A DNA stretch of 64,000 bases from Anaeromyces robustus (taxonomy: Eukaryota), in the NCBI GenBank assembly GCA_002104895.1, contig MCFG01000268.1:1-64000 (forward strand), in the 5' to 3' direction. The notes below the pieces were generated by a model, which saw only the letters and a list, made by a program, of their open reading frames with translations, searched no databases and was not told the origin of the DNA. A program made the translations under genes and the position numbers. Numbering within the stretch: position 1 is the first letter of the stretch; every line of letters begins with the position of its first letter. Shown here piece after piece: positions 50,025 through 64,000 of the stretch.

Positions 50025-50505
50025 ACAAGCAAAAAGCATACAACAATAACAACAACAATAATAATGATTACTAAATTACTATTTAAAAATCTTCATAAAT
50101 TATTTATTTTTATTTTTTTTTTTAATTCATTAATTAAATATATATATTTTTTAAATAATTAATTATTATAATTAATGTTATTACTTAAAATTATAATAAT
50201 ATATTCTATTAATCATTAATTATAATTATTTTTTCTTGTGATTTACTTATAAATTATAATTATATTTATTTATTAAAAAGTTTTTTTTTTATATTCATTA
50301 AATAATTAAAATAATAATTAATTATAGACTATATATCTTATATATTTTTATTTTTTATCAATTAATAATTAATGTAATTAAATATTACTAATTAATAAAT
50401 ATTGATTATAATATATAACAAAAAATAATAAATAATATTAATAATAATATATCATAAATCATAAATTAGTAATGTATCTTGATAATCATACATCATATTC
50501 AAATA

Positions 50506-50539
<34 letters not shown>

Positions 50540-51037
50540 AATATTTTTACATATATATTTTAATAATACAACTTTAATTTATATTAAAATTCTTATAATT
50601 TCCGAGGTCATTTTGTAAAAATATAATTTTACTTCTTTCAATACCTATTATAAAAATTTTTTTATTATAAAAATTTTTATTAGTGTGAAATTAAAAAAAA
50701 AAAGTCTATTTAATATAATATTTTCTTTTCTTTATTTTTTAGTTTTGGAGAATTAATTGGTTGATAATTAAAAACTCGAGGCTACATTTATATTTAATAT
50801 AATAAAATCTTTTTTTTTTTTTTTTTTAAATCATTTATTTTTTTTATTTTTTAAATTATTATATTTATATAATATAATAAAATTATATATTAAACATTTT
50901 TTTTTATTAACTATGTATTTAATAAAAAAATTACAATACTATCATCATTAATTTGTAAATATTAACAATAAATACAATTAATTTTCAATTCTTTGATCTA
51001 TATTTATATCAATATATACAATTAATACATATATACA

Positions 51038-51861
51038 ATGGAAGTATCAAATTATTCAAAATTAAAGAATAAACCATTTTTTGTTTCACAGAAGTACTAT
51101 ATTGCTATTATATAAATAATTATGAAATATTTAAAACAAAAAAAAAAATAATAAAAAAAAAATAATTATAAAATTTTTTTTACTTATATATATAATTTAT
51201 ATTTATATTCATAATAATTAATAATGTCAAAAAAAAAAAAGTTTTATATATGGTATTCAAAAGAATATTAAAGTAAATATATTATTGGAATTATATAATA
51301 TATTATTTATTAATTAAATAATAAAAAATATTTCAATTAATTTTTTTTTTTAAAAAAATATTGTTAATATATTTGTATATTTGATATTATATATATAAGA
51401 AATGTATAGCATGTCTCGATGATTCATCTATCTTATATATTGCAGGATCAAATTTTGTGTTATATAATAAAGAAAAACAAACTCAAACTTTTATACCTAT
51501 CTATTCATATAATTATTATTTTGATTTTTTAAATGAAGGATTTGCTCAAAAAGATGAAAATTTATTAATCAATATATTACAACAAAATACAAATTATTCC
51601 ATTAATGTTATGGAAGTTTGTTATCCTTTTATAGCTATTTCTATGACAACTTCTGAAAATATACCTTTAATTGAAGTTTTTGATATAAATAATTTAAGAA
51701 AGAAAAAAATTTTATATGGAAATGATACATCTATGGTATATATATACATATATATATACATATTTTATAATCAATATTTTTATTATTATTATTGTTATAG
51801 ATATACATATATAGATATACATATTATATATTGTTTTATTATTTATATTTTTTTTTTTACA

Positions 51862-51937
<76 letters not shown>

Positions 51938-54900
51938 TTAACATATTAAATAATGTAGGAATTTATTGATATTGTTTTTTCAGCTGATAAAACATATATT
52001 TTAGCTCAGTCTGGTGGGCCGGATTGGTATAATTCATAATAATTTTTTTTATTAATATTTATTAAAAAAAAAAAAAAAGAAAACCCAAAAAAAAAAAAAA
52101 CGAAAAAACATTTTTTCTAATATTTTCATTCGTATTTATATTTTTATTTTTTTTCTTAAAACATTTTTAAAATACTTTCATTTGTATTTTATTGTTTTAT
52201 AAATAATAAATTTATATAATAATATATTATAGGTTTTTATATTTATGGTTATGGAATAAAGGTAAAAAATTGAGTGTTGTAAAAACATCAAATAATTATG
52301 GTGGAGAAATTTTACAAATTGCTACTAATAATTATGAAACTTCAATGATTTTTGTATCGGTTATTGGTTCATCCATTTTAAGAGTTTATCGTTATGTAGA
52401 AAATACTTTAAAATTAGTAAATCAGATAAGAACTGAATATAAATGTGTTTGTCATACTTGGATTAGTAAAAGTAGAATTATTATTGGTACAGAAAATAAT
52501 AAAATTTTACTTTATGAAAATGGTGAATTTATTGCAACTATTGATCTTAATATTGATCTTCATGCATTACCAAATAAAACAATAAATGATGATCAAGTAA
52601 ATCCAAATAAAATAACAGCAGTTGTTCAATTTTCTTCAGGTTTTGCTATTGGTAATGGATCAGGTGTTATTTCAATTTTTGAAAAAACTGAAGATAATAT
52701 GGGTTATTATAGAAAAAATCATGATGAATTTTTAGAAAATTCTCCTGTTAAATCTATTGCTGTTCATGTTAATAAAAAAGGTTTATTAGTTACATTAGAA
52801 AATAGACAAGTTTATTATATACAAGTTTATGTTGATATTGAAAAAGTAAATAATCAAATATATATAGATATATATATAAAAGAATATTTAAATATACCTA
52901 TTTTTTAATAGAAAATAGAAAAAAAATAATTGTAATTTATATGGATTTTTTTCTTTTCTTTTTTTTTTTTAATTTTAACATATATAATATATAATATTTT
53001 TTTCATTTTTATATAAATTATATTATACTTTGTTATATAATTTCTTTCTTTATATTCATTAAAAGAATATTGACCAAGGATTCGAATATCTTATTCAACC
53101 TTTCCATAATGGTTCAATTATAGATATGGATACATGTATTTGGAAACCAATTGTTGTTACTTGTAGTATAGATAAAACTATTAGAATTTGGAATTATAAA
53201 GAAAATTTTGTTGAAGTTATTAAACAATATGATATGGAACCAGTATGGTAAATATTTCATTAATTATTTAAAAATAAAATATTAAAAATAAATTAGTGAT
53301 AGAATAATACATTTTTAAATTCATACCAATATTTTTATATCAATGATTTGTTATTAATTATATATAAATATATTTTTTTAATAATATGTATTATATGATA
53401 ATATTTTTGAATATACATAATGTTAGTTTATCATTACACCCAAATGGTCTTTTCTTATTAGTTGGTTTTCATAATTCTATTAAAATTATGACCATTCTTC
53501 ATAATGATTTATATGAACACTGGTCAGCAAATATTATTGGATGTAGACAAGTAATTAATTAATTCATTATTATATTTTATTTTATTTTATTTTATTTTAT
53601 TTTATTTTATTATATTTTTTTATATAATTATATATATATATATATAAATTATATTTATATATTTTAACTATATTCCTTTTTATTATTAAATCATATATAT
53701 ATGTAAATAATATATTAGTGTAAATTCAGTAATGGTGGACAAGTATGACTATTCAAATATATATATATATATTTTATAATTTTTTTTAAAAATAATAATA
53801 TATTATTAAATATTATTAAATTTTGATATATATATTTATTAATAGTTTTTCGCTGTAACTCATGGATCTACAATACAAGTTTATTCTTCATGGACATATA
53901 ATATTATATGGATTATTCGTGGACATACATCTAAAGTAAAAAGTATTTATTGGTCAAATAATGATTTAAAATTATTTTCATGTGATATGGAAGGAACCAT
54001 TTGTGTTTGGAGTATTAATGAAAAAAAGAAAGAAAATTCATTAACATTAGCAGGCCATCAATTTATTAGTGGTGTATTTACACCTACTTATAAATATTTA
54101 TATATTTTAGAACAAGATGGAAAAATATGGGTAAATAGTTTATTCCTTTTTTTTTTAAAGAAATAAAAAAAAATAATATAAATAATAATTATTAAAGATA
54201 TGATAATTTTAGATAATTTTAAATATTATATAATATTATCATTATTAAAAAGATTGAACATTATATTAATTTTTTTTTAATTTTTTTTTATTTATTTTTA
54301 TTTTTATGTTTATTTTTATTTTTATTTTTTATATATAATAGAAATTTGATGATAAGAATCTTATATACCAAATACCTCAAAATGTTGAATTAAATAATTG
54401 TAAGTATAAAATATATTAATTTGCATAAAAATGATGTATTACAAAAAATATTAATATAATATTAATATTATTTATTAACAATTAATTTAAAATTCATAAA
54501 AATTCATTAAAGTATGTATAAGTAATACTGGAAATATTATTATTGGATGTATGTATCATTATTTTTCTCTCAGTATATATATATATATATTATTTTTTTA
54601 AAAAGGTTTTTAAAAATAAATATTCAATTAATTTAATCATATCATTATCATTACCATTTAATAGCAACTAATACTGGAACAATTAGAATTATTCATATAA
54701 ATAAAGATAATGAACAAGTAATATCTTATTATGATATTAATGTTCATTCCGAAAGAATTACAAAATTAGCAATTTCTAATGACGATAATACGATATTTTC
54801 ATGTAGTGATGATGGTTGTTTAGCCATTATTAATTTAAAAGAAAATATAATTAATGAAGTTAATTCAAATCAAGATAAAAAACTTAAAAAATACTTTTCA

Positions 54901-57884
54901 GAAGAAGTAATAATTTATATATTATATAATATTATAATATTATATATAATATAGTATTATAATTAATGATTAATGTTTTTTTATATATTAACTATTAATT
55001 AAATATATATTTATATAAAAGATGTTAATAACTAAATCAGATCTTCAGGCAAAAACTGATATAATAAATAAATTAAAAAAGAAAGTGAATGTACGTGAAT
55101 TAAAACGAAAATATTAATTATTTATTTTTTTTTTATTGAACAAAAAATATATGATTTGAATAATATTAAATATAATTTTGAATATGCTATTATAATTATT
55201 TTTTAGATAATGATACAAAAAAAAGATGAAGAATTAGAAGCTAAGAAAAGAGAAAATGAAGAACAAATTCGAATATTAAATGAAAGCTATGAAAAAGATG
55301 TTAAAAATTATGAAACGGTATGAAATTCATTAAAATTATATATATATATATATTTTTTCAAATAATAGAAAAAAAAAAAAATAAAAATATAATAATATAA
55401 TTTTTTTATATAAAATTTATTTTCGAAATAAAAACAATATTCTAAATATTATAAAAAATAGGTTTCAGAAAAAATTAAAAGTGAATTAACTGAAAATAAT
55501 ATAAAATATCAAAATACGCTTTATGACAATAAAGAAAAAAAGGAAAAAGAAATTAATGTAAGTTTAAGTTAAAACAATATTATAATTATTTATTTATTTA
55601 TTTATTTATATAAATCATTATTATCATTTTAATTAACAGTATAAAATATTTTTTTGTATGTTTAAAACTTTTCATTAATTTTATTTTTTATAAATATAAT
55701 AATGAATTTATACTAGGATATAAAAGCTAATTATAAAATAAAACTTAATAATGAAAATATAAAATATAAAAAACTTGAAAAAGAAATTGATAGAGTCGAA
55801 AATAATTGGAAAGAAGAAATTGAGAGAATTAAAGAACAACATATTAATAAAATACAATATTTAAAAGAATTTTATCAAAAGAAAATGGAAGAAAAGAATC
55901 AAGAAATTGTTAATGTATGTTAATTTATAAAAATAATTAATTAATAGTGATAATAAATAATAATGATAAATAATCTAATAATATATAATAATAATATTTA
56001 ATATTTAATGTTTAATATTTAATACTCATATATAACATTAATATTATGGTGATTATCAAAAAAATTATATTTATATAAAAATATAATATAATACAAATAG
56101 CTTAAAAAAGAAATAAAAGATAGTGAAAAAAATTATAATGAAAATCTAGTAGAAATTGATGACAATATTGATAAAGATACATTAAAAATACAATATATAT
56201 TTGAGAAAAAAATTATTAAAGAAAAAGAATTTTTAGAAAAGGTTAAACTTGAAAATCTTGATATGAAAACTCGATATAATGAAATTATAAAAGAAATTAA
56301 CTTCCACAAACAAAATTTGGCAAATGTTAGTTTAGAAGAAAAAAAATTACAAAATGTTATTCATTCTCTAGAAAATGATATTGAAAATGTTAAACAAGAA
56401 GTAATTACTTTTATTTTTATTGTTTGCTTTTATTTTAAATATAATTATACATTTATATATTTAAAATAAATCTTATTATAATATATAATAATAATAATAT
56501 AAATATTTATATTATTATTATATCATAGATGAATAATCGTGATGATACTATTCATGAAAAAGAAAAAAGAATTTACGATCTTCAAAAGAAAAATCATGAA
56601 TTAGAAAAATTCAAATTCGTTTTAGAATATAAATTAACAGAATTGAAGAAACAAATTGAACCGAGAGAAAATGAATTAGTAAAATTTACAACTCAATATT
56701 CGGTAATTAATTATATTTTATATATATATTGAATGTTCATTATAATTATTTTGATTAATAATCAAAGCAATAATAATAATAAATAAATAATATATATTGA
56801 AATATTTTTACTAAATTAGCAAATGTCAGATGAATTACATCAATATCAATATCAATATATATTATTAGACTCTCAAAAGAAAAATGTTCAAATTAAATAT
56901 TATTCTAAAAAGGATGAATTTAAAGAATATAATGACGTAGCAAGCTTTTATTCAAAATTATTGAAAAAAATAAGGCAAAAATTAAATGAGGCTAAGAATG
57001 ATATTGATGATCCACGGAAATTAAAAGTAAATCTAAATACTTATATATATATTATCTTGTACTTTTTTAACAAACAAAATGAATACTTATTAATATATAT
57101 TAATAAAATCTTATTTATTTCTTATAGAAACATATATTAGCATTCCATCATGCCTTTTTCGATAATTACTCCATATTTGATCCATATAAATTTGATGATG
57201 AAAAGAATATGATGAAAAAATATAATTTCTATCAATGTACAGTAGATATATTAAAGAAAAAAATTTCTCGTATAGAAGCTAAAAGAAATTGTGAAAATAA
57301 AAATACTATTAATGAAGGAAATATAATCATTGGGTAACTATAAAATAATATAAATATTTATATAGAACAAAAATTTATACTTATTTTGATATATTATCTT
57401 TTTTAATTATTATTATATATTAATAATGTATATATATATTTATATATTAAATAGTGAAATTAATAATTTAAGAAAAGAAGTTATTGAAAAAAAATTAGAA
57501 ATTACTGATTTAGAAAAAGAAATAGAAAAATATAATCGACAAATAAGTAACCAAAACCAAAAGAAATTATTTAAACATTTAGAAAAACCAAGAATATTAC
57601 CAGATATTCCAACAACTACATCTAGTCTTATAGCTAAAAATGTTATACCAAAGAAAGAACCGGTTAAAAATAAAAAATCAAAAAAAATTACTTTCGCTAA
57701 AAATGATGAAATAAAAAAAATTGAGAGTAATGAAAAACCTAAAAATAATGACTTTGATGAACTACGTGAAGATATTGAATTTAATATTACAGTAGATCCT
57801 AAAACTAATAAAATATTAATTTGCGATATGGAAAGTGATAATACTAAGAAAACAGATTCTGAGCAAATATTGACAAGTATATAA
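51038..57884 (+). CDS. CFAP57: Cilia- and flagella-associated protein 57 (WDR65): WD40 N-terminus plus coiled coil
   Basis: About 20 exons. Motifs: [93 protein letters not shown] and [46 protein letters not shown]. Confidence 0.93.
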
Positions 57885-58248
57885 TAATGATTATTATCAT
57901 AATTAAATAATATAATAATATTATAAAAACAATAACATTTTTGACATAATAATAACAGAAGAACATAAATTTCATTATATTATGTATATTATTAATATAA
58001 CAACTGATATATTAATTATAAATAATAAAAAAAATAAATAATTAAAAAAAAAAGAAAAATAATTCATTCAAATGTTTTATATCATATAAAAATAATATAA
58101 ATAAAAATAAAACAATAAAAATATTATCTTTTTCATACTTTTAATTTAATATTCTTAAAAATTATAAAATAAAATCACAAAATATAATATATATTATATA
58201 TTTATTGTTTTATAACAAATTTAACAAATTTTTTTTAATGAAGTTTTT

Positions 58249-58283
<35 letters not shown>

Positions 58284-58649
58284 TAAAGAATGTTGAATAA
58301 AAGTAGCATAAAAAAAATGCTTTTTTGTTATATTAATTATATTATAATTTAACTCTATAAAAATTAATTTTTAATTTATTTTAAAATAGGAATTTAATAT
58401 AATTTTTTTTTATTAATTTTTTTTTTAATTATTTTTTTTTGCGAAGTAAAAAATATTTGTAACAAAAATATTTACAGTTTTAATAAAGATATAAAACTAT
58501 TATTTAATTTATTAAATTATTATATTAAACAAAAATATTTGTAGTTTCTTTCATGTATTAATTTTATTTCAATTTTACTTTTTTTAAAAGATATTTTTAT
58601 TAAATGAAATAAATATTAATTTTTATTTTGAAAAATCTTCATATATATA

Positions 58650-61149
58650 ATGGAAGAACAATCATTGAAAAAAGAAACTACTATTACAGATGATGAAATT
58701 TTAAATACCAATTCTAATAATTTATTTAATAGTCAAGATAAAGATATTAATCAACATGGCATAAAAGAAAATAATATTATTAAAAAATCACCTTTTTTTT
58801 TTGATAACTTCAATACTTCCGAAAAGAAAAAGAATGTACATAATTTAAAATTAGATAAAAAGAAATTAAAATTACATTCTAATAAAAAAATTAAAAAAAG
58901 TAATACTAATAATAAAAAAAGTAGTCAAAATTTATTTGCTTTATCTTTTTTTAAAAATTTAAATGAAAAATCTAAATTGAATTCTACTGATGACAATAAC
59001 CAAGAAGATATTAATAGAACAGACGATAATGAAATAAGTAATACTGAATTACAATCGAAAAATAAAGATAATATTTCACTTTCTCAAAGTAGTCAAAATT
59101 CAATAAAAAAGAAAGAAAATGATAACGTCAATATAAGTCTTAATGAAAAAGAAAATCAAATAAATGAAAATGCAATTGATGTAAATAGAGAATATGAATC
59201 TCAATATTGTCCAATATGTAACAAATGTTTAGATTTTTATACTTTTTCTGAACGTGAAAAACATGTTAATTTATGCATTGATTCTTCTATACGAAAGGAA
59301 AATAGAAAGAATAATTCAAATAAATTAGAAGATAATAAAATTTCATTTTTTTATAAAAATATTAAAACTACAAATATCAATGAAGAAAAAGAAAAAGAAA
59401 AAGAAAAATTAACTGAATTTATTACAACAGCAAAAACAGTCGATAAAATTCAAACTGAACCTTATATTACTAATACCCTTCAAGATATTAATAATGACAC
59501 TTCTTCAATATCTGAATTATTACCAAGTAATTATCAGTTTAAATGTAAAATTTGTGACGAAGGTGCTACTTTTTCTTCAATAATTGATTTATATTTACAT
59601 ATTTTTCAATGTTTTTCAAAAGTAGAACAAGACCATTTCTTTTTTAAAGAAAAAATAAATTTTATTTTAAATCAAAAAGAATGTTTTTGCTGTTTAAAAC
59701 CATGGCCTATTTATGAAGAAAAAGCTGCTCATATTAAAGAATGTATTTCTATAAGAAAAAATTATTTAGAAAAAATTGAAATTTTAATAAAATATTATTT
59801 GAAAGAAAAATTTGAAAAAAATAAAGCCTTTTTAGATAAGAATTCTAAATATCGTCATTATTTTAAAAAAAATAAAAGTATTTATCTTAAAAAGGAAAAA
59901 CCGGATAGTATACCAGCTAAAGTCACCGAAATTAAAGGTCAAAATCAAAATTCAGAATCCAAAAAAAAAGATAATCAAAGTATATTTAATTTAGATTTGA
60001 TACAAAATAAAAATGGAATTAAAGAAAAAGATGGAAAAAGAGTAAATAGTAATGATGATATTAATGATATTAATGATATTAATGATAATAAGATAGAAGA
60101 GAAGAATGAAAAGATGGAGGAAGAAACTGAAGAATATTTTAATAAAAAATGTTGTTTTTGTAATGAAGAATTTAAGGATGATAGTGAAACATTAGAAGAA
60201 CTACATATAGAAAAATGTATTAAAAATTATATAGAAAAAATGGATAGTTATGAAAAAGGAAACTCTGAAATTGAAGATACTAATATAATAAATAATATAT
60301 ATAAACCTAAATATATTCAAAAATTAACAAGATGTCCATGCTGTTCGAAAAAATGGTTAGAATATTCAATGGCAGATTTGAAAGAAAAATTATCACATAT
60401 TTATGATTGTTCTAAAAAAAATGAAGTACCTTTAGCAAGAATTTCTATAATATTAAATCAATATAAATCGAGGTTTAAAGATGAAAAGGAAGGAAAGGAA
60501 AATGATAAAGATAAAGGTAAAGATAAAAATTCAAATTCAAATTCAAATTCTACTTCAACTTTAACTTCAAGTACAACTACATTGAAAAGTGAAGAATTAA
60601 ATAAAGATTCAGATCATGATAGAACTAATGTTAACGATAATAATGATGGAAATGGAAGTGATGAGAATTTATTTGATGAGGATCAAAAAATTGAATCAAT
60701 TAAAAAATCAATTAATGAGAGAAAATTACATCGTTATCAAGATGATAATAATGTTGTTGTATTAAATATTGAAGATGAAAATACAGAAGATTTTAAAACT
60801 AATATTATGTCATTGAAATTAAGTTCTTCCACTTCATCTTCTTTAGGTAATGTTCGAACCTATAGACAAAGAACCTTATATGATGATATTGAAGAAGATC
60901 AAATAAAATTAGCAAAAGTTTTATCAAAATCACTTTATCAAGATGAAAATCAAAAAATTCGATTAAAAATTATGAATACTTCTACAGTTCTTTCAGTAGA
61001 AGATGCTCATACCTATAATTTTAAAAGAGCAAATAGTTTATTAAATTGTAAATATAAAAATAATTTTAAAATTTAACATTAAAATATAAAAAATATAAAA
61101 TTCAAAATATCTTTATATTTAATTTTAAATAATTATTAATTATGAAAAT

Positions 61150-61196
<47 letters not shown>

Positions 61197-62491
61197 TTAA
61201 TTTATTTATTTTTATTAATTTTTCTTATATATTATCATAATAGTAATGCAACAAGAACATTCATTATGGGAAATGTCTATGTTAAATACAGAAGATGTAT
61301 TGAAAGCTGAAACAGTAATTGAACCATTACAAAAACACTCTCATGAATTAAGAGTAAGTAGAAAAGTATATAAGAAGAATTAATAATTTTAATTAAAAAT
61401 GAGTCGTTTAACGATATATATTTCATTTAATCTAATATTATTTATATACTTGTATTTTTTATATTTCATAATAATATTTTAATTATTAAAAAATAAAAAA
61501 AAAAAGATGACATTAAACAGTGAAGGAATTGATGAATATATTTCTACTATAACTTTTCCTGTTCCTGATAGAAGATTATTAAAAGTTAATAGTATAGAAG
61601 GTATAGATAAATATTTTAATGAACAAATTAAAAATCGTAAAATTCGATTAGATAAATATAAAAAATTATTAACATTACAAACAAGTTTATGGGTAAAGAA
61701 AGATTTTTTTTTTTTATTTATATATATATATAAATATATTTATTAAATATTATGAATTTTTTTAATAATTATTTAATTATATTTATTAATATATATTTTT
61801 TACTTTTTGATTTTTTTTTTTTTAATATTAGATTAAAAAAATGAGGAAAAAACAACATTTATTAAAAAAAGAATTGATTTCTATTGATTTGGAAAATCCA
61901 GATGCCATAAAGAATACAAGAATTTATCATGATCTTAAATCAGAAATGAATCCAACATTTAAAAATGATAATAATATATATGATGAAAATAATCCTAATA
62001 ATAGTAATAGTAATGCTATTAATTCATGTCAAAATAGTCAGGATTATCAAGATAGTCAAGATACCCAAGATAGTCAAAACATTAATGATAATCAAGATAC
62101 TATAGATAGTCAAGATAATCGTGATAATAATAATAATAATTATAATAATGATTATGAGAATGAGAATGAGAATGATAATAATGTGAATGATGATAGTAAT
62201 AATAATAAGAAAAATGAAAACAATAATGTAAATGAAGACATTAAAAAAAATTATAGAAATGAAGATAATATTATTCCAATTAATAATAATGGTAGTGATA
62301 ATTGTAATAGTAAAGATATTTCAATTAGTAATAATGATAATGAAAATAACTGTAATGTTGAAGACAGTTGTAAAGATAAAGATAGAATTAATGATAATAT
62401 TCATAATAATATTTATAAAAATGTTAATGAAATGAATAATTTTGAATCATATAATGATGATGCAATGGACATTGATATCGACAAAGAATAA
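58650..62491 (+). CDS. Multi C2HC (UBZ4-like) zinc-finger protein with an SLX4 MLR-like segment; putative DNA-repair scaffold
   Basis: Exons 58650-about 61048, 61243-61353, 61507-61692 and about 61832-62491. Five CxxC...HxxxC fingers: CPICNK..REKHVNLCID, CKIC..HIFQC, CFCC..HIKEC, CCFC..HIEKC and CPCC..HIYDC. These are followed by EEDQIKLAKVLSKSL..VLSVEDA..RANSLL..SLWEMS and an N/D-rich tail. Confidence 0.6.
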
Positions 62492-62827
62492 AATAATTTA
62501 ATTGTAAAAAGTTCTATTTTTTTTTTTTTTTTTTTAACTTCATATTCTATCTAAATCTTATTATAATAATATATAAATGTATAAAAACAATTATTTAATG
62601 ATATCAATTTCAATAAATCACATTAATAATATCAATAATAAAACTTTGAATCAAAATATATATATATTATTATTTTTTTTTTTTATTTGTAAATATATAT
62701 AAATTATTAATTATCTGATAATCGAGTAATAAAAATTGTTTATATTTTATGTCCATATTTTTTTTTATAATTATATATATTATATATATTTTTTCAATAA
62801 TTATTTTTAAATTTTTTTTTTTTTTCT

Positions 62828-64000
62828 TTATGCTTGAGATTTAAAAACAAATACTAAATGAGCTCTTTTATAAATTTCGTCTGATTTCTTTGTACTACTT
62901 TTACTCTTTTTCATTTCTGGTATCTTAACATCTTTTTTAAGAATTAAACCTGCCTCATTAGCCATACCCATGATTTTTTTATCATATTCTGGTAAAAGTT
63001 CATCCTTTAATTCAATCATAAACCTTTAATGTTTAGATATATATATAAGAATGATGATTATAATATATTATATTAATTTAGAGTTATAAATAATTCAATA
63101 GTTAAAAAAAAAAAAAAAATGAAATTAAGTATAATATGAAATAAAATATGAAAAAAATAGTATTAAAAGATATTATAAATATAATATTTAATATAAGAAT
63201 CATGATTATATATACTTTGCCATTTCAATAATCATTTCACCATCTGGTTTTAATAAAGTAGAATATTCCTTAACTCTATGAACCATAGAATTAGAAATAT
63301 ATATTTTATCAAATTTTTGTCTAAATCTAGATATTTTACGTGAGAAGGTATAAGTGGGTTCACATGGTAATAAATACAATTTTGAATGATCAAGAATATC
63401 AGCATAAAGTGGTCTATTTTTATTTTGTTTTTCTTTAATAGATTCATTTTGTTCTTTTGTTGGTTCATTATTTATATTAACTTCATTATTTGTATTTGCA
63501 GATGTTGAGGTTGAAGTTGAAGTACTTGCTTCATTAATTGGATTAGATTCACTTAATGAAATATTTTTAATTGATTCTGTAATTTCTTTATCCACTTCAT
63601 TATTATTCATTTCTTCCTTTTCTTCATTTTTACCTTTATTACTTTTATCATTATTATTATCTTCTTTAATTTCTTCAATTTTAGATTCTTGTTTTTCATC
63701 TTCTTCTTTCTTCTCTTTTTCATAATATAATTTTTTATTTTCTAATTCATATAGATAAGATCTAAGATTATATTCAGAAACATCTTGAGATGTCTATAAT
63801 TAATGATGATGATGATGATGATGATGATATATATATATATATACAATAAAATTAATATATAAAAAAATATAATATTTATATAAAAGTTTATCTATTATAT
63901 TAACCTTAACATGAAAATCATTTGCTGTTTTTAAATATTCTTTATTTTCTGTATCACAACCAAAAGCAATAAATGGACCAACAACAATATCACTAAAGTA
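62828..64000 (-). CDS. DNAAF3: Dynein axonemal assembly factor 3 (PF22, DUF4471), 3' part; the gene continues beyond the window
   Basis: Exons >64000-63905, 63793-63216 and 63023-62828 read YFSDIVVGPFIAFGCDTENKEYLKTANDFHVK|TSQDVSEYNL...KFDKIYISNSMVH...LKPDGEMIIEMAK|FMIEL...KIMGMANEAGL. Confidence 0.88.

Overview
Extremely AT-rich, intron-rich eukaryotic DNA with abundant (AAT)n/(TAAA)n microsatellites and poly-Asn proteins. Fungal-type genes occur together with flagellar genes (ARMC9, CFAP57, DNAAF3), which points to a zoosporic fungus. The AT content suggests an anaerobic gut fungus (Neocallimastigomycota); this is inference. I assembled 12 spliced protein-coding genes by hand: a SIZ/PIAS SUMO ligase, a Nur1/Mug154 (DUF2418) protein, a Cys-rich secreted GPI-like protein, ARMC9, G-protein beta, Trf4-type poly(A) polymerase, two small Lys-rich proteins, NLE1/RSA4, CFAP57, a multi-zinc-finger protein resembling the SLX4 N-terminus, and the 3' part of DNAAF3. 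The ORF track misses two decayed elements: a LINE reverse-transcriptase remnant and an ankyrin-repeat pseudogene carrying a 57-bp tandem array. The best leads are a CpG-rich multi-hairpin island at about 29.2 kb, the SLX4-like protein lacking SAP/SBD, a possible GPI-versus-secreted splice switch, a PIP-like motif at the SIZ C-terminus, and shared promoter motifs across a putative ribosome-biogenesis gene group. Most poly-I/L/Y ORFs in the track are microsatellite artefacts. Family assignments come from motif recall, not database searches.
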